Positions 11,766 through 20,952 of a stretch of DNA of 64,000 bases are shown in pieces (within the stretch, counting starts at the first letter, position 1; each line of letters starts with the position of its first letter). Position numbers and translations under genes: made by a program. The notes below the pieces were generated by a model that saw only the letters and a list, made by a program, of their open reading frames with translations, was not told the DNA's origin and did not search any database. Source of the DNA: Gemmatimonadota bacterium (GTDB lineage Bacteria; Gemmatimonadota; Gemmatimonadetes; Palauibacterales; Palauibacteraceae); assembly GCA_039588275.1 (NCBI GenBank), contig JBDHAC010000009.1, positions 25,883-89,882 on the forward strand. Direction: 5' to 3'.

Positions 11766-12554
11766 ATGAAGCCCTACGACCTTTCCCAACCGTTGAACCA
11801 AGAAGTGTCTTTCTGGCCCTACTACCCGCCGTTCGAGGTCAAGTACATCAAGCGGAAGGCCGAGCACGGGGTGAACGCTCAGTACATCCAGACCTCGAAC
11901 CACATGGGGACACATCTCGATGCGCCGCGCCATTTCGTGACGAACGGGATGACGATCGACGAGATCCCGCTCGATTGGCTATACGGACCGGGGGTCATCG
12001 TCGATCTGTCGGATGAGATGGATGACCTGGGCGCGTACACGCCGGAGATGATCGAGTCGCGGGTCGAGGTGCGGGAAGGCGACCTCCTGATGCTGCACAC
12101 GGGCTGGCACCGCTACGGGCAATTCGGCGAAGAGGCCAACGAGGAGCGCTACATCCACCTGCACCCCGGCGCGCATCCTGACATGGTGCAGTGGCTGATC
12201 GACAAGAAGATCAAGATCTGGGGCGTGGATGCGATCTCGACGGACCACCCCATGAACCTCCCGATCGGGCGATTCCTCGGGAAGGGGACGTTCGGGCATT
12301 GCGATCGCGTGCGCCGCATCGCCGAGAACAAGTTCGGTGGCCCGGAGGGCGTGGCCGAGATCTTCCCCGACGATCACTACCAGCTCACGCACAACGCCCT
12401 CTTCCCGCTGAACTGCATGCACGTCGAGAACCTCGGAGGGCAGATCGAGGCGCCGGAGCTCCAGAATCGGCGGCTCACGATCGGGTGCTTCCCATGGCTG
12501 TTCAAAGGCGGCGAGGCGGCGTTCTGTCGCGTCGTGGCGTTCGTGGAGGAGTGA
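11766..12554 (+). CDS. Cyclase-family metal-dependent amidohydrolase (kynurenine formamidase/isatin hydrolase fold)
   Basis: HMGTHLDAPRH (HxGTHxDxPxH), GVDAISTD, HVENL. Confidence 0.88.
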   Translation: MKPYDLSQPLNQEVSFWPYYPPFEVKYIKRKAEHGVNAQYIQTSNHMGTHLDAPRHFVTNGMTIDEIPLDWLYGPGVIVDLSDEMDDLGAYTPEMIESRVEVREGDLLMLHTGWHRYGQFGEEANEERYIHLHPGAHPDMVQWLIDKKIKIWGVDAISTDHPMNLPIGRFLGKGTFGHCDRVRRIAENKFGGPEGVAEIFPDDHYQLTHNALFPLNCMHVENLGGQIEAPELQNRRLTIGCFPWLFKGGEAAFCRVVAFVEE

Positions 12555-12559
12555 GGGCG

Positions 12560-13795
12560 ATGATCGGTCGGCCCTCTCGACACCGGATGCGGAGCCACGG
12601 CGTCGCTCGGGGACCGCGCGGGCGGAGATCACTTCGCCGCGTCCCGGCGGTCGCTTCGATCCTGATCGCGGCGCTCGCGACCGCGTCGCTGGCGACCGCG
12701 GCCGCGGCCCAGGCCATCGATCGCGAGCAGCTCCTCGACTACATGCGGCAGGTGCGCGCCGACAACGACCTGCCGGGTCTGTCGGTGGCGGTGGCGCTGA
12801 ACGGCGAGATCGCGTTTGCCGAGGGAGTCGGATACGCCGAGCTGGACAATCGCACGCCGCAAACGGGGCGTACCGTTCACAACGTCGGATCCATCTCGAA
12901 GGTGTTGGCGGTCGTGGCGGTCATGCAGCTGGTGGAGCGGGGGAGCGTCGATCTCGACGCCACGATTCAGACATACCTTCCCTACTATCCCGAGAAGGAA
13001 TGGCCGATCACGGTTCGCCACATCCTCACGCATACCTCGGGCACCCGTCACTACAACGGGGTGGAGTTCGGGGAGCACGACCTCCTCGCGCTGCGCCGCT
13101 ACGACGACTTCGAGGAGGCGACTCGGCTGTGGCGCGATGATCCGCTCCTGTTCGAGCCGGGCACCCACTGGCTCTACTCGTCCCACGCCATGAACCTCAT
13201 GCACGGTATCGTGGAGACCGCTTCAGGGCTCGGGTTCGAGGACTACATGCGGACGTACGTATTCCAGCCCGCCGGCATGCTGGCGACGCAGTTCGATGTG
13301 CCATCGCGGATCATCAACAACCGGGGCCACGGCTACGTGCGCGAGGAGGGGGGTAGGTTCGTGCACGCTCCGCCCGAAGATCCGAGCTACAAGTACGCCG
13401 GCGGCGGCATTCTCTCCACCGTCGAGGACCTGGCGCGCTTCGGGCTCGCCCTGAACGACGGGAAGCTCTTGCGGCCGGAGTCACTGGCCGAGATGTACAG
13501 GCCGCAGCTGGATTCGTCCGTCAGGCGGTTCGCCCGGAACTCGGAACCGCAGCCGCTAGGCCACCGACAGGCGCTCGCCTGGTGGATCCGGACGGATCCC
13601 GCCGGCCGGGAGTTCCCGAGCCACACGGGCACCGTGAAGGGCACGAGATCCTTCATCGGCAATTACCCCGAGCACGGGCTCGTCGTGGCGCTCCAGGCCA
13701 ACACCCTCCCGCTGGACTCGGTGCGCTACGGGGTCGCGATCGCGCAGATGTTCTTGCCGGCCGCGGACAGCCCTGACGGCACCGGCGGGCCCTGA
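12560..13795 (+). CDS. Exported serine hydrolase, beta-lactamase class C/PBP fold
   Basis: SISK (SxxK), LTHTSG, YSS, HTG motifs; Ala-rich signal peptide; start may be later (12587). Confidence 0.85.
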   Translation: MIGRPSRHRMRSHGVARGPRGRRSLRRVPAVASILIAALATASLATAAAAQAIDREQLLDYMRQVRADNDLPGLSVAVALNGEIAFAEGVGYAELDNRTPQTGRTVHNVGSISKVLAVVAVMQLVERGSVDLDATIQTYLPYYPEKEWPITVRHILTHTSGTRHYNGVEFGEHDLLALRRYDDFEEATRLWRDDPLLFEPGTHWLYSSHAMNLMHGIVETASGLGFEDYMRTYVFQPAGMLATQFDVPSRIINNRGHGYVREEGGRFVHAPPEDPSYKYAGGGILSTVEDLARFGLALNDGKLLRPESLAEMYRPQLDSSVRRFARNSEPQPLGHRQALAWWIRTDPAGREFPSHTGTVKGTRSFIGNYPEHGLVVALQANTLPLDSVRYGVAIAQMFLPAADSPDGTGGP

Positions 13796-13805
13796 GCCCG
13801 AACCC

Positions 13806-15230
13806 GTGGATCTCGTCCTCCTCCCCGCGCACGAACAGACGCGACTCGTTCGCGTCGGAGAGGTGTCGGCGGCCGAGCTTCTGGATGCGTGCATGGCGCA
13901 GGTCGAGCGGCACAACGAGGCGGTCAACGCCGTGGTGACCCTGAACGAGCGGGCGCACGACGACGCCCGCGCGATCGACGAGGCGCTGGCACGCGGCGAG
14001 GACCCCGGTCCGCTCCTCGCTCTTCCGGTCGGCGTCAAGGATGTGACCGACACGGCCGGGATCCGCACCACGTACGGCTCCAAGCTCTATGCCGATCACG
14101 TCCCCGAGGAAGACGCGCTCGTGGTGCGCCGCTTTCGGGATGCGGGCGCGGTGATCCTCGGAAAGACGAACACGCCGGAGTTCGCGGCCGGCGCCAACAC
14201 GTCGAACGAGGTGTTCGGCGCCACGCGTAACCCCTGGAACCTGGAACGGAGCGCCGGGGGCTCGACGGGCGGCGGAGCCGCCGCCCTCGCGACCGGGATG
14301 ATCTCGCTGGCGCACGGAACCGACCTGGGCGGATCGTTGCGGATCCCCGCGTCCTTCTGCGGCGTGGTAGGTCTGAGACCCACCGCGGGGCTCATCCCCA
14401 CCTATCCGGCCGGCTACCTGTGGGACGATCTGCACGTGACGGGGATTATGGCGCGCGCGTCGGCCGACGTGGCGCTCTCGCTCCACGCGCTGTCGGGACC
14501 GAGCCCGCTATCACCGATGACCAGTCCGCTTCAAAGAGGCGGGATCCAGAGCATGCTCGCCGAGGCCGACCTGTTCCAGAGGCGGTTCGCGTACTGCCCG
14601 GATGTGGCCGGCAGCGGCATCGATACGAGTGTGGAATCGCGCTGCCGCGAGGTCGTGGAGATGCTCCGGGAGTGGGACGTGGACGTGGACGAGATCGAGC
14701 TGGATCTCGGCTATTGCCGGGATGCGTTCCTGGCGCTCCGAGCTTACGGCCTGGTCGCGCACCTGTTCGACGGCCTCGATCGCATCGACGATTACGGTCC
14801 CAACCTGAGCGCGAACCTGAAAGCCGGGCTCGCGGTCACGATGCGCGAGCTGGGCGCGGCCGAGGCTGCAAGACGCCGGGCCCGGCAGGAGATGCTGGCC
14901 CTGTTCGAGCGCTACGCGGTGATCCTGACGCCCTGCACGGCGGTCTCTCCGTTTCCCGTCGAGCAAAATTACCCGGAGGCGGTCGCGGGCAGACCGATGG
15001 AGACGTACGTGGACTGGATCGCCCCCACGTTCGTACTGAGCCTCCCGGGACTGCCCGTGGCCTCGGTCCCGGTAGGGCTGGACGACGAGGGTCTGCCCGT
15101 GGGGCTCCAGATCGTGGCCCCGCCGTTTCGCGAGACGCGCGCGCTGGCGATCGCGGGCGGGATCGAGGCGGAGCGGTCGATCGGCACGCCGGCGCTGCTC
15201 GCGCTCGACGGTGAGGATCCGACGCCATGA
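13806..15230 (+). CDS. Amidase signature family enzyme
   Basis: GVKD, GKTNTPEF, GGSTGG, GTDLGGSLRIPA (Lys-cisSer-Ser triad), GLPVGLQIV. Confidence 0.93.
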   Translation: MDLVLLPAHEQTRLVRVGEVSAAELLDACMAQVERHNEAVNAVVTLNERAHDDARAIDEALARGEDPGPLLALPVGVKDVTDTAGIRTTYGSKLYADHVPEEDALVVRRFRDAGAVILGKTNTPEFAAGANTSNEVFGATRNPWNLERSAGGSTGGGAAALATGMISLAHGTDLGGSLRIPASFCGVVGLRPTAGLIPTYPAGYLWDDLHVTGIMARASADVALSLHALSGPSPLSPMTSPLQRGGIQSMLAEADLFQRRFAYCPDVAGSGIDTSVESRCREVVEMLREWDVDVDEIELDLGYCRDAFLALRAYGLVAHLFDGLDRIDDYGPNLSANLKAGLAVTMRELGAAEAARRRARQEMLALFERYAVILTPCTAVSPFPVEQNYPEAVAGRPMETYVDWIAPTFVLSLPGLPVASVPVGLDDEGLPVGLQIVAPPFRETRALAIAGGIEAERSIGTPALLALDGEDPTP

Positions 15231-16408
15231 GCGATCACGAGGCGTGTGTCGAGTTCCTCCAGCGGCTGATCCGAACACGGAGCATGCCCGGAGAGGAAGC
15301 CGAGATCGCCCAGCTCGTGAAGGTCGAGATGGAGGGTTTGGGCTACGACGAGGTGGGGATCGACGCGGCCGGCAACGTGATCGGACTGCTGCGTGGCAGC
15401 GGGTCGGCGCCGACGGTGATGTTCAACACGCACCTGGATCACGTCGACGCCGGAGACCCGGCCGACTGGCCGCACCCGCCGTTTGGCGGCGAGATCCACG
15501 CGGATCACGTGTGGGGACGCGGCACGGTGGACATCAAAGGACCGTTGGCGGCGCAAGTGTACGGTGTAGGCCGCCTCGCTGCCGCCGGCGAGCGTCCACC
15601 CGGGGATGTGTACGTCACGGCAGTGGTCCAGGAGGAGGTCGGAGGGCTCGGCGCCCGCTTCCTGGCCGAGGCCCTGCGCCCCGATCTGATCCTGGTGGGT
15701 GAGCCGAGCCGGAACGAGGTGCGCCGGGGCCACCGCGGCCGCATCGAGCTCCGCGTGGCGGTGAAGGGAAGGATGGCGCACGCCTCGATGACGGAGATCG
15801 GGATCAACCCGCTCACCGTCATCGGAAGCTTCCTGGCCGCGCTCCCCGGCCTCCCGCTCCCGGACGATCCCGAGCTGGGGCAGGCGACGATCGCCCCGAC
15901 GTTGATCAGAACCGACCAGGCGAGCGCGAACGTGATCCCGGGAGAGGTGGTCCTGACGCTGGATTGTCGTACGGTGCCCGGGCAAAACGCGCATGACCTG
16001 CGAGAGGAGCTGCTCCCCGTACTGGAGAGAGCGGAGATCCCCGGAACGCGGACCGAGATCGTGATTCCGGAGTTCGATCGCGTGAGCTGGAGCGGGCTCG
16101 AGAAGCGATATCCCGCCGACAACCCCGCGTACGCGTTACCCGCGGATCATCCCGCGGTCCGAAGCGCCACCGGTGTCCTGGCGGCGACTCTCGGGGCCGT
16201 CCCACCGGTCGACGTCTGGCGCTTCGCGACGGATGGCGGCCACTTCGCCGAAGCCGGTCTGACGGTGGTGGGCTTTGGCCCAGGTGATGACCGCCTCGCC
16301 CACACGGTCGATGAAGCGATCGGTCTCGACGAGCTGGAAACGGGTCTGCGCGGGAACGAGGCACTCGCGCGAGGCTGGGGCGCGGCGTACGCGGCTCTCC
16401 TCGGCTGA
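15227..16408 (+). CDS. M20-family metallo-amidohydrolase (ArgE/DapE/YgeY-like)
   Basis: THLDHV, GRGTVDIKG, QEEVG, GEPS, AHTVDE; ATGA overlap with the amidase. Confidence 0.9.
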   Translation: MSDHEACVEFLQRLIRTRSMPGEEAEIAQLVKVEMEGLGYDEVGIDAAGNVIGLLRGSGSAPTVMFNTHLDHVDAGDPADWPHPPFGGEIHADHVWGRGTVDIKGPLAAQVYGVGRLAAAGERPPGDVYVTAVVQEEVGGLGARFLAEALRPDLILVGEPSRNEVRRGHRGRIELRVAVKGRMAHASMTEIGINPLTVIGSFLAALPGLPLPDDPELGQATIAPTLIRTDQASANVIPGEVVLTLDCRTVPGQNAHDLREELLPVLERAEIPGTRTEIVIPEFDRVSWSGLEKRYPADNPAYALPADHPAVRSATGVLAATLGAVPPVDVWRFATDGGHFAEAGLTVVGFGPGDDRLAHTVDEAIGLDELETGLRGNEALARGWGAAYAALLG

Positions 16409-16424
16409 GGAAGACCGGGATCTG

Positions 16425-17891
16425 CTAGCTCACCACGAACTCCGCCACGTGCGCCTCCTCCATCGGCGCGGTGGCGAGTGAAACGCCGACCATGACGATC
16501 GTGTTCGCCAGGATCCCCCAGATGCCCGGGTGCACGTCCGCGAACGAGGCCCCTGGGATCAGGTTCAGCGTCAACGTCACGGCGCCGCCCGCCAACAGAC
16601 CGGCGAGGGCACCGGCCGGGGTCGCTCGCGGCCAGAAGAACGTCGCCAGCAGGAGGGGGAATAGCTGCGCGATAAAGCCGTACGAGAGCAACAGCAGCTG
16701 GACGAGCGACACCTGCAAGACCACAGCGAGCAGGTAGGCGAGCGCCCCGAAGACCACGACGAGGACCTGAATGGCGCGCCGCTCCTGCGCGTCGGTGAGC
16801 TCGCGGCCCGAGATGTTGTCGTAGAAGTCCTTCACCGCCACGGACCCGCTCGCGTGCAGAAGCGCATCTCCCGTCGACATCGACGCCGCCAGGGCGCCCG
16901 CGCAAAACAGGCCCACCACCCAGGGCGGCAGCCCGATGGACGTCACGACGGTCGGGAGGATGGCATCGGCCGGCTCGACGCCCGGGAACGCGATGACGCC
17001 GGAGAAGCCGATGAACAGGATCGGGACGAGAAAGATCAAGAACGTCGGATAGAAGACGACGGTCTTTTTGAGCGTCGGGATGTCGCGGGCCGTGTAGATC
17101 TTCATGAAGTAGTGCGGCCACAAGCTGAAACCGAGGGCGGATATGGCCACCGAGCTGGAGAATGCGCCCCAACTCCAGGGCTCGCCGTTCGCGGCCAGGC
17201 CCGGGGCGCTCAGCATCTGCGGCGCGGCCTCCGCGATCGCATCGAACATGGGTCCCACACCCCCGTACAGCCGGTAGGGGAGGTAGAGGCCCAGACCCCA
17301 TGCCAGGGCCATCATGAACATGCCCTGGAAGGTGTTCGTCCAACCGACACCGAGCACGCCGCTGCGGAAGACGTAGATGAGCACGACGCCGTAAGCGATC
17401 CCGGCACCGGCCCATTCGGGTACGCGCCCCTCGGTCACGACGCTGAACACGTACCCGGCTCCCTCCATCTGGAGCATCAGGTACGGGATGAACGCGATCA
17501 GGGAGAGCACGGCGAGCAAGGCGGGCAGCGAGCGGCTCCGGAACCGGTGCCCGAACAGCTCGGCCTGCGTCACGTAGCCGAAGCGACGGCCCAGCCGCGC
17601 GACCCGCGGACCGAAGAAATACCACGGGACGAGCCCCACGGTGCCGTACGCGAGGATGTAGAACGCGGCGGCCCCCCGCGAGTAGGCCCACCCCGGTCCC
17701 CCCAGAAACGCGAACGCGCTGAAGATCGACGCGCCCATGATGAAGTAGAGGACCAGGAAGCCCAACGAGCGGTCACCGGCCACGTACCCCTCGGTGCTGC
17801 GGGAGACGCGCCGGCCCGACGCGAGACCGATGATCAGCGATGCGAGCAGATACCCGATCGTGACGAGGAAAACAACGAGCCAGGCGGGCAT
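16425..17891 (-). CDS. Sodium:solute symporter (PanF/MctP/YhjB-like)
   Basis: SIFSAFAFLGGPGWAY, GYVTQAE, AASMSTGD; 13 predicted TM segments. Confidence 0.92.
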   Translation of the reverse strand: MPAWLVVFLVTIGYLLASLIIGLASGRRVSRSTEGYVAGDRSLGFLVLYFIMGASIFSAFAFLGGPGWAYSRGAAAFYILAYGTVGLVPWYFFGPRVARLGRRFGYVTQAELFGHRFRSRSLPALLAVLSLIAFIPYLMLQMEGAGYVFSVVTEGRVPEWAGAGIAYGVVLIYVFRSGVLGVGWTNTFQGMFMMALAWGLGLYLPYRLYGGVGPMFDAIAEAAPQMLSAPGLAANGEPWSWGAFSSSVAISALGFSLWPHYFMKIYTARDIPTLKKTVVFYPTFLIFLVPILFIGFSGVIAFPGVEPADAILPTVVTSIGLPPWVVGLFCAGALAASMSTGDALLHASGSVAVKDFYDNISGRELTDAQERRAIQVLVVVFGALAYLLAVVLQVSLVQLLLLSYGFIAQLFPLLLATFFWPRATPAGALAGLLAGGAVTLTLNLIPGASFADVHPGIWGILANTIVMVGVSLATAPMEEAHVAEFVVS

Positions 17892-18220
17892 CAGTCGGCC
17901 GGTCCTTCGGGGCCCTGGGGCTCATCGCCACGAACGCTCCCCGAGCCGATGTCCGGCTCGGCGGACTCCCGCCCTCCCGCTCGACGGCGCTCCCACGTGA
18001 ACAGCGTCAACAGAACGGCGAACGACAACAGCACGCCCCCGATGACGTACGCCATCGAGAACGGCAGCCCGAGCACGCGCGGCTCGATGCCCGCGAAGCG
18101 CGGGTACACCGGCCACAGCAACGCCAGAAACAGCGCGACGTAGAAGAGGGTGACGACCCGATACACGCGCCGGTCGCCCCGCTCGAGCCGGGTCGGAAAA
18201 ATGCGGGGAGCCTTGCGCAC
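17891..18220 (-). CDS. Small 2-TM SSS partner protein (DUF3311/DUF997-like)
   Basis: GTG at 18220 after AAAGGA; LLWP...EPRVLGLPF motif; stop overlaps the symporter ATG (TGATG). Confidence 0.75.
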   Translation of the reverse strand: MRKAPRIFPTRLERGDRRVYRVVTLFYVALFLALLWPVYPRFAGIEPRVLGLPFSMAYVIGGVLLSFAVLLTLFTWERRRAGGRESAEPDIGSGSVRGDEPQGPEGPAD

Positions 18221-18463
18221 GCAGGAGTCCTTTAGCTGTCTGGGCGACGTCCGGCAGGGCGCGTCAGAGTCCCTGCGCGAGGTCGAAGAATAGGGCCGCG
18301 CGAACCCCGGCCGGTCAAGCTCAGGCCCTTGCACACCGCCGGACGAGTCGCCGCGTCGTTTGATGCGCCGGGTCGCGCTGCCGATCTTCCTGGGCCCGAC
18401 TGGGCCCGACGCCCTGGCCCGCCGCCGGCGGGAAGGCGGTGGAATTGAACAGCGGAGGTATGG

Positions 18464-19525
18464 ATGAACTGCCGGTCGGACCACGTCCCGGAGTCTCGCC
18501 GTCGAACGAAGAGCCGACCCCCCGCCCGGTGGCGCGGCGCAGCGATCCTGGGTTCCCTGGTGCTCGCGTGCGGGGGCGAGGAGCCCGCTCCGACGGCGGA
18601 CGCCGCAGCGGCAAGAGCGGACGTGGGAGGCGCGGCCGCGACCGAGAACCGACCGGACTTGCCGGGGTGGGCAGCCTCGGAAGCGTACGCTCGCGGCACG
18701 CACGTGGTGCTGCTCGGGAGCGGGACGCCAAACGCGGATCCGGACCGATCGGGCACCGCGATCGCGATCGTCGTGGATGGCTTCGCGTACCTCGTGGATG
18801 CAGGGCCCGGGGTGGTTCGGCGAGCGTCGGCCGCTGCGCGAAACGGCGTCGAGGCGTTGCTCCCGGCGCGCCTGGACATCGTTTTCCTCACCCACCTACA
18901 CAGCGATCATACGGTGGGTCTACCCGATCTGATGCTCACTCCGTGGGTGTTGGAGCGGGAAGCGCCGCTGCGGGTGTTCGGACCTGAAGGAACGCAGGAG
19001 ATGACGGGGCACCTGCTCGCGGCCTGGAGTCGCGACATCCAGAGCCGGTCGTCGGGTATTCACCCCACCACGCCCGAGGGCCACAGGGTGGAGGCGGTCG
19101 ATATCACGCCCGGCACCGTGTACCGCGACCAGCGCCTGACCGTGACCGCGTTCCGGGTCCCGCACGAGGGCGTGACGGACGCGTTCGGGTATCGCTTCGA
19201 TACTGCGGACCGGTCGGTCGTGATCTCGGGGGACACGGGCCCGGGCGACGCGGTGGCGGACGCGTGCGCGGGTTGCGACGTGCTCTTGCACGAGGTGTAC
19301 TCGGCGGACGCGTTCCAGCGGCACCTGCCCGAGTGGCAGCGCTATCATTCCCGCGCGCACACATCGACGACCGAGCTCGCGGAGCTCGCGACGCGGGCGC
19401 GTCCGGGTACCCTCGTCCTCTACCACGCGCTCCTGTGGGGCGTGACGCCAGAGGCGCTTCTTGGGGAGGTGGCCCGAGGGTACGACGGCTCGGTCGTCTT
19501 CGGCCGCGACCTCGACGTCTACTAG
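18464..19525 (+). CDS. Lipoprotein MBL-fold hydrolase, RNase Z/AtsA arylsulfatase-like
   Basis: LVLAC lipobox; LLGSGTP, VDAGPG, THLHSDH, SGDT, HTS, YH. Confidence 0.85.
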   Translation: MNCRSDHVPESRRRTKSRPPARWRGAAILGSLVLACGGEEPAPTADAAAARADVGGAAATENRPDLPGWAASEAYARGTHVVLLGSGTPNADPDRSGTAIAIVVDGFAYLVDAGPGVVRRASAAARNGVEALLPARLDIVFLTHLHSDHTVGLPDLMLTPWVLEREAPLRVFGPEGTQEMTGHLLAAWSRDIQSRSSGIHPTTPEGHRVEAVDITPGTVYRDQRLTVTAFRVPHEGVTDAFGYRFDTADRSVVISGDTGPGDAVADACAGCDVLLHEVYSADAFQRHLPEWQRYHSRAHTSTTELAELATRARPGTLVLYHALLWGVTPEALLGEVARGYDGSVVFGRDLDVY

Positions 19526-19585
19526 CGGGCCCCCGAAAAGCTCGAGGAGGTCGGCCTGCGAGGCGGTCGTCTCCCTCGGCGGCCC

Positions 19586-20857
19586 CTAGTTGGGCGCGTG
19601 CACACCCGGCCCGCCATGGTTGCGATCGCGGCCGATCGACGGCCCGCTCATGTTCGCCCCCCCATGTGTGTTGTCGATCTTCGCGATGAACTGCTGGATG
19701 GCACCGGGGAACGACTGAGTCTGAGCGTTGTTCCCGAACGGGTCCGTGTACCAGACGAGCGGACCTTCGGGGTTCACGACCCGGATCGAGTTGATGTCGA
19801 AATCGCGCGAAACGCCGTTGAACCGCGAGCGGGGGTCATCGAATTGGAGACCCTGCAGCTGGCCACCGCCCGTCGAGTCTTCGCAATCACCGCCACGCGC
19901 GCGCCTGCCGTCCACCACCTCGTAGCAATCGTCGATCGGCCGCCCGACGCCGCTCGGAGCGGCCGGGTCGAAATATCGGCTCGGACGGAACACGTTGAAG
20001 TACGGGTTGATCGAGACGAGCGTCTTCCCGTCCGCCCTGCGTAGACGCTGAGACAGCTGCCAGCTCTCGCGCAGCGCGCGCCCGAAGTTCGAGCGGTCGC
20101 CGTCCGCGACCAACATGTGCTGCTCTACACACGTGCGGTCGGGGATAAGTCGCTTGCCTCCACCGGAAGGAGAGTTCAACGGACTGGGCGGCCCGACGGT
20201 GACGTGCACGTCCGAGTCGCACGAGCGCACGAACTCACCCGGCTGACCGATGGCGGTGAGAACCGTGAAGCTCACCGCGGTTCCGTCATCGCACCGGGCG
20301 TGGTACGCGAGCTCGTGAACGTTGTTGGTGAACGCGTCTTTCGAGTGAGAGCCCTGGTGCAGCTTCGCGAGCACGTTGCAGCGGACCTCGAACACGGCGG
20401 AAGCCGGTCCGGGGAAGCGCATCTGTATGTCGTTCTCCCACTCGATCTTGTGACCCACGTGGTCCTCGTGACGCGTGGTGAGCGGGTCCCACACATCCAG
20501 CCTCTCATTGGCGTACCCGAACGGAATCGCGCCCACCTCATCGAAGATGGCCGAGCCCCTGGGGTCGCGGCCGTGCTCGTGCCCGAAGGAGCAGCCGGTC
20601 GCGTCGTCCACGGGCGGGTGCCAGGTCGGATACAACTTCCCGTCGGGCCCCACGGTCGCGTAGTCGTCGTGGTCCTGGGTCGAGCAGGTGTCGAGCGGCC
20701 CGGGCTGCCAGCGGCCATACGCCACGCTCAACTCACCACTCGATGGCGGCGTGTCGAACGGAGCCGAGGGTATCGCGCCATCGCAGCCGGCGGCCACCAG
20801 GGGTGCCAGCAAGGCGAATGTGACCACAGCGTTCCTCGAAGCTACGAGCCAGTTCAT
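19586..20857 (-). CDS. Hypothetical His/Cys-rich lipoprotein
   Basis: ATG after AAGGGAGG; lipobox AAGC; GHEHG, RHEDHVGHK and LHQGSH clusters. Confidence 0.7.
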   Translation of the reverse strand: MNWLVASRNAVVTFALLAPLVAAGCDGAIPSAPFDTPPSSGELSVAYGRWQPGPLDTCSTQDHDDYATVGPDGKLYPTWHPPVDDATGCSFGHEHGRDPRGSAIFDEVGAIPFGYANERLDVWDPLTTRHEDHVGHKIEWENDIQMRFPGPASAVFEVRCNVLAKLHQGSHSKDAFTNNVHELAYHARCDDGTAVSFTVLTAIGQPGEFVRSCDSDVHVTVGPPSPLNSPSGGGKRLIPDRTCVEQHMLVADGDRSNFGRALRESWQLSQRLRRADGKTLVSINPYFNVFRPSRYFDPAAPSGVGRPIDDCYEVVDGRRARGGDCEDSTGGGQLQGLQFDDPRSRFNGVSRDFDINSIRVVNPEGPLVWYTDPFGNNAQTQSFPGAIQQFIAKIDNTHGGANMSGPSIGRDRNHGGPGVHAPN

Positions 20858-20952
20858 ACAACCTCCCTTGGACACGGCCCTTACGTCGCCCGTGCCTTTA
20901 CATCTGGTACGACTTGCAGCGGGGGTTGGAGAGCGCCGCTGAAGCCGGATCG

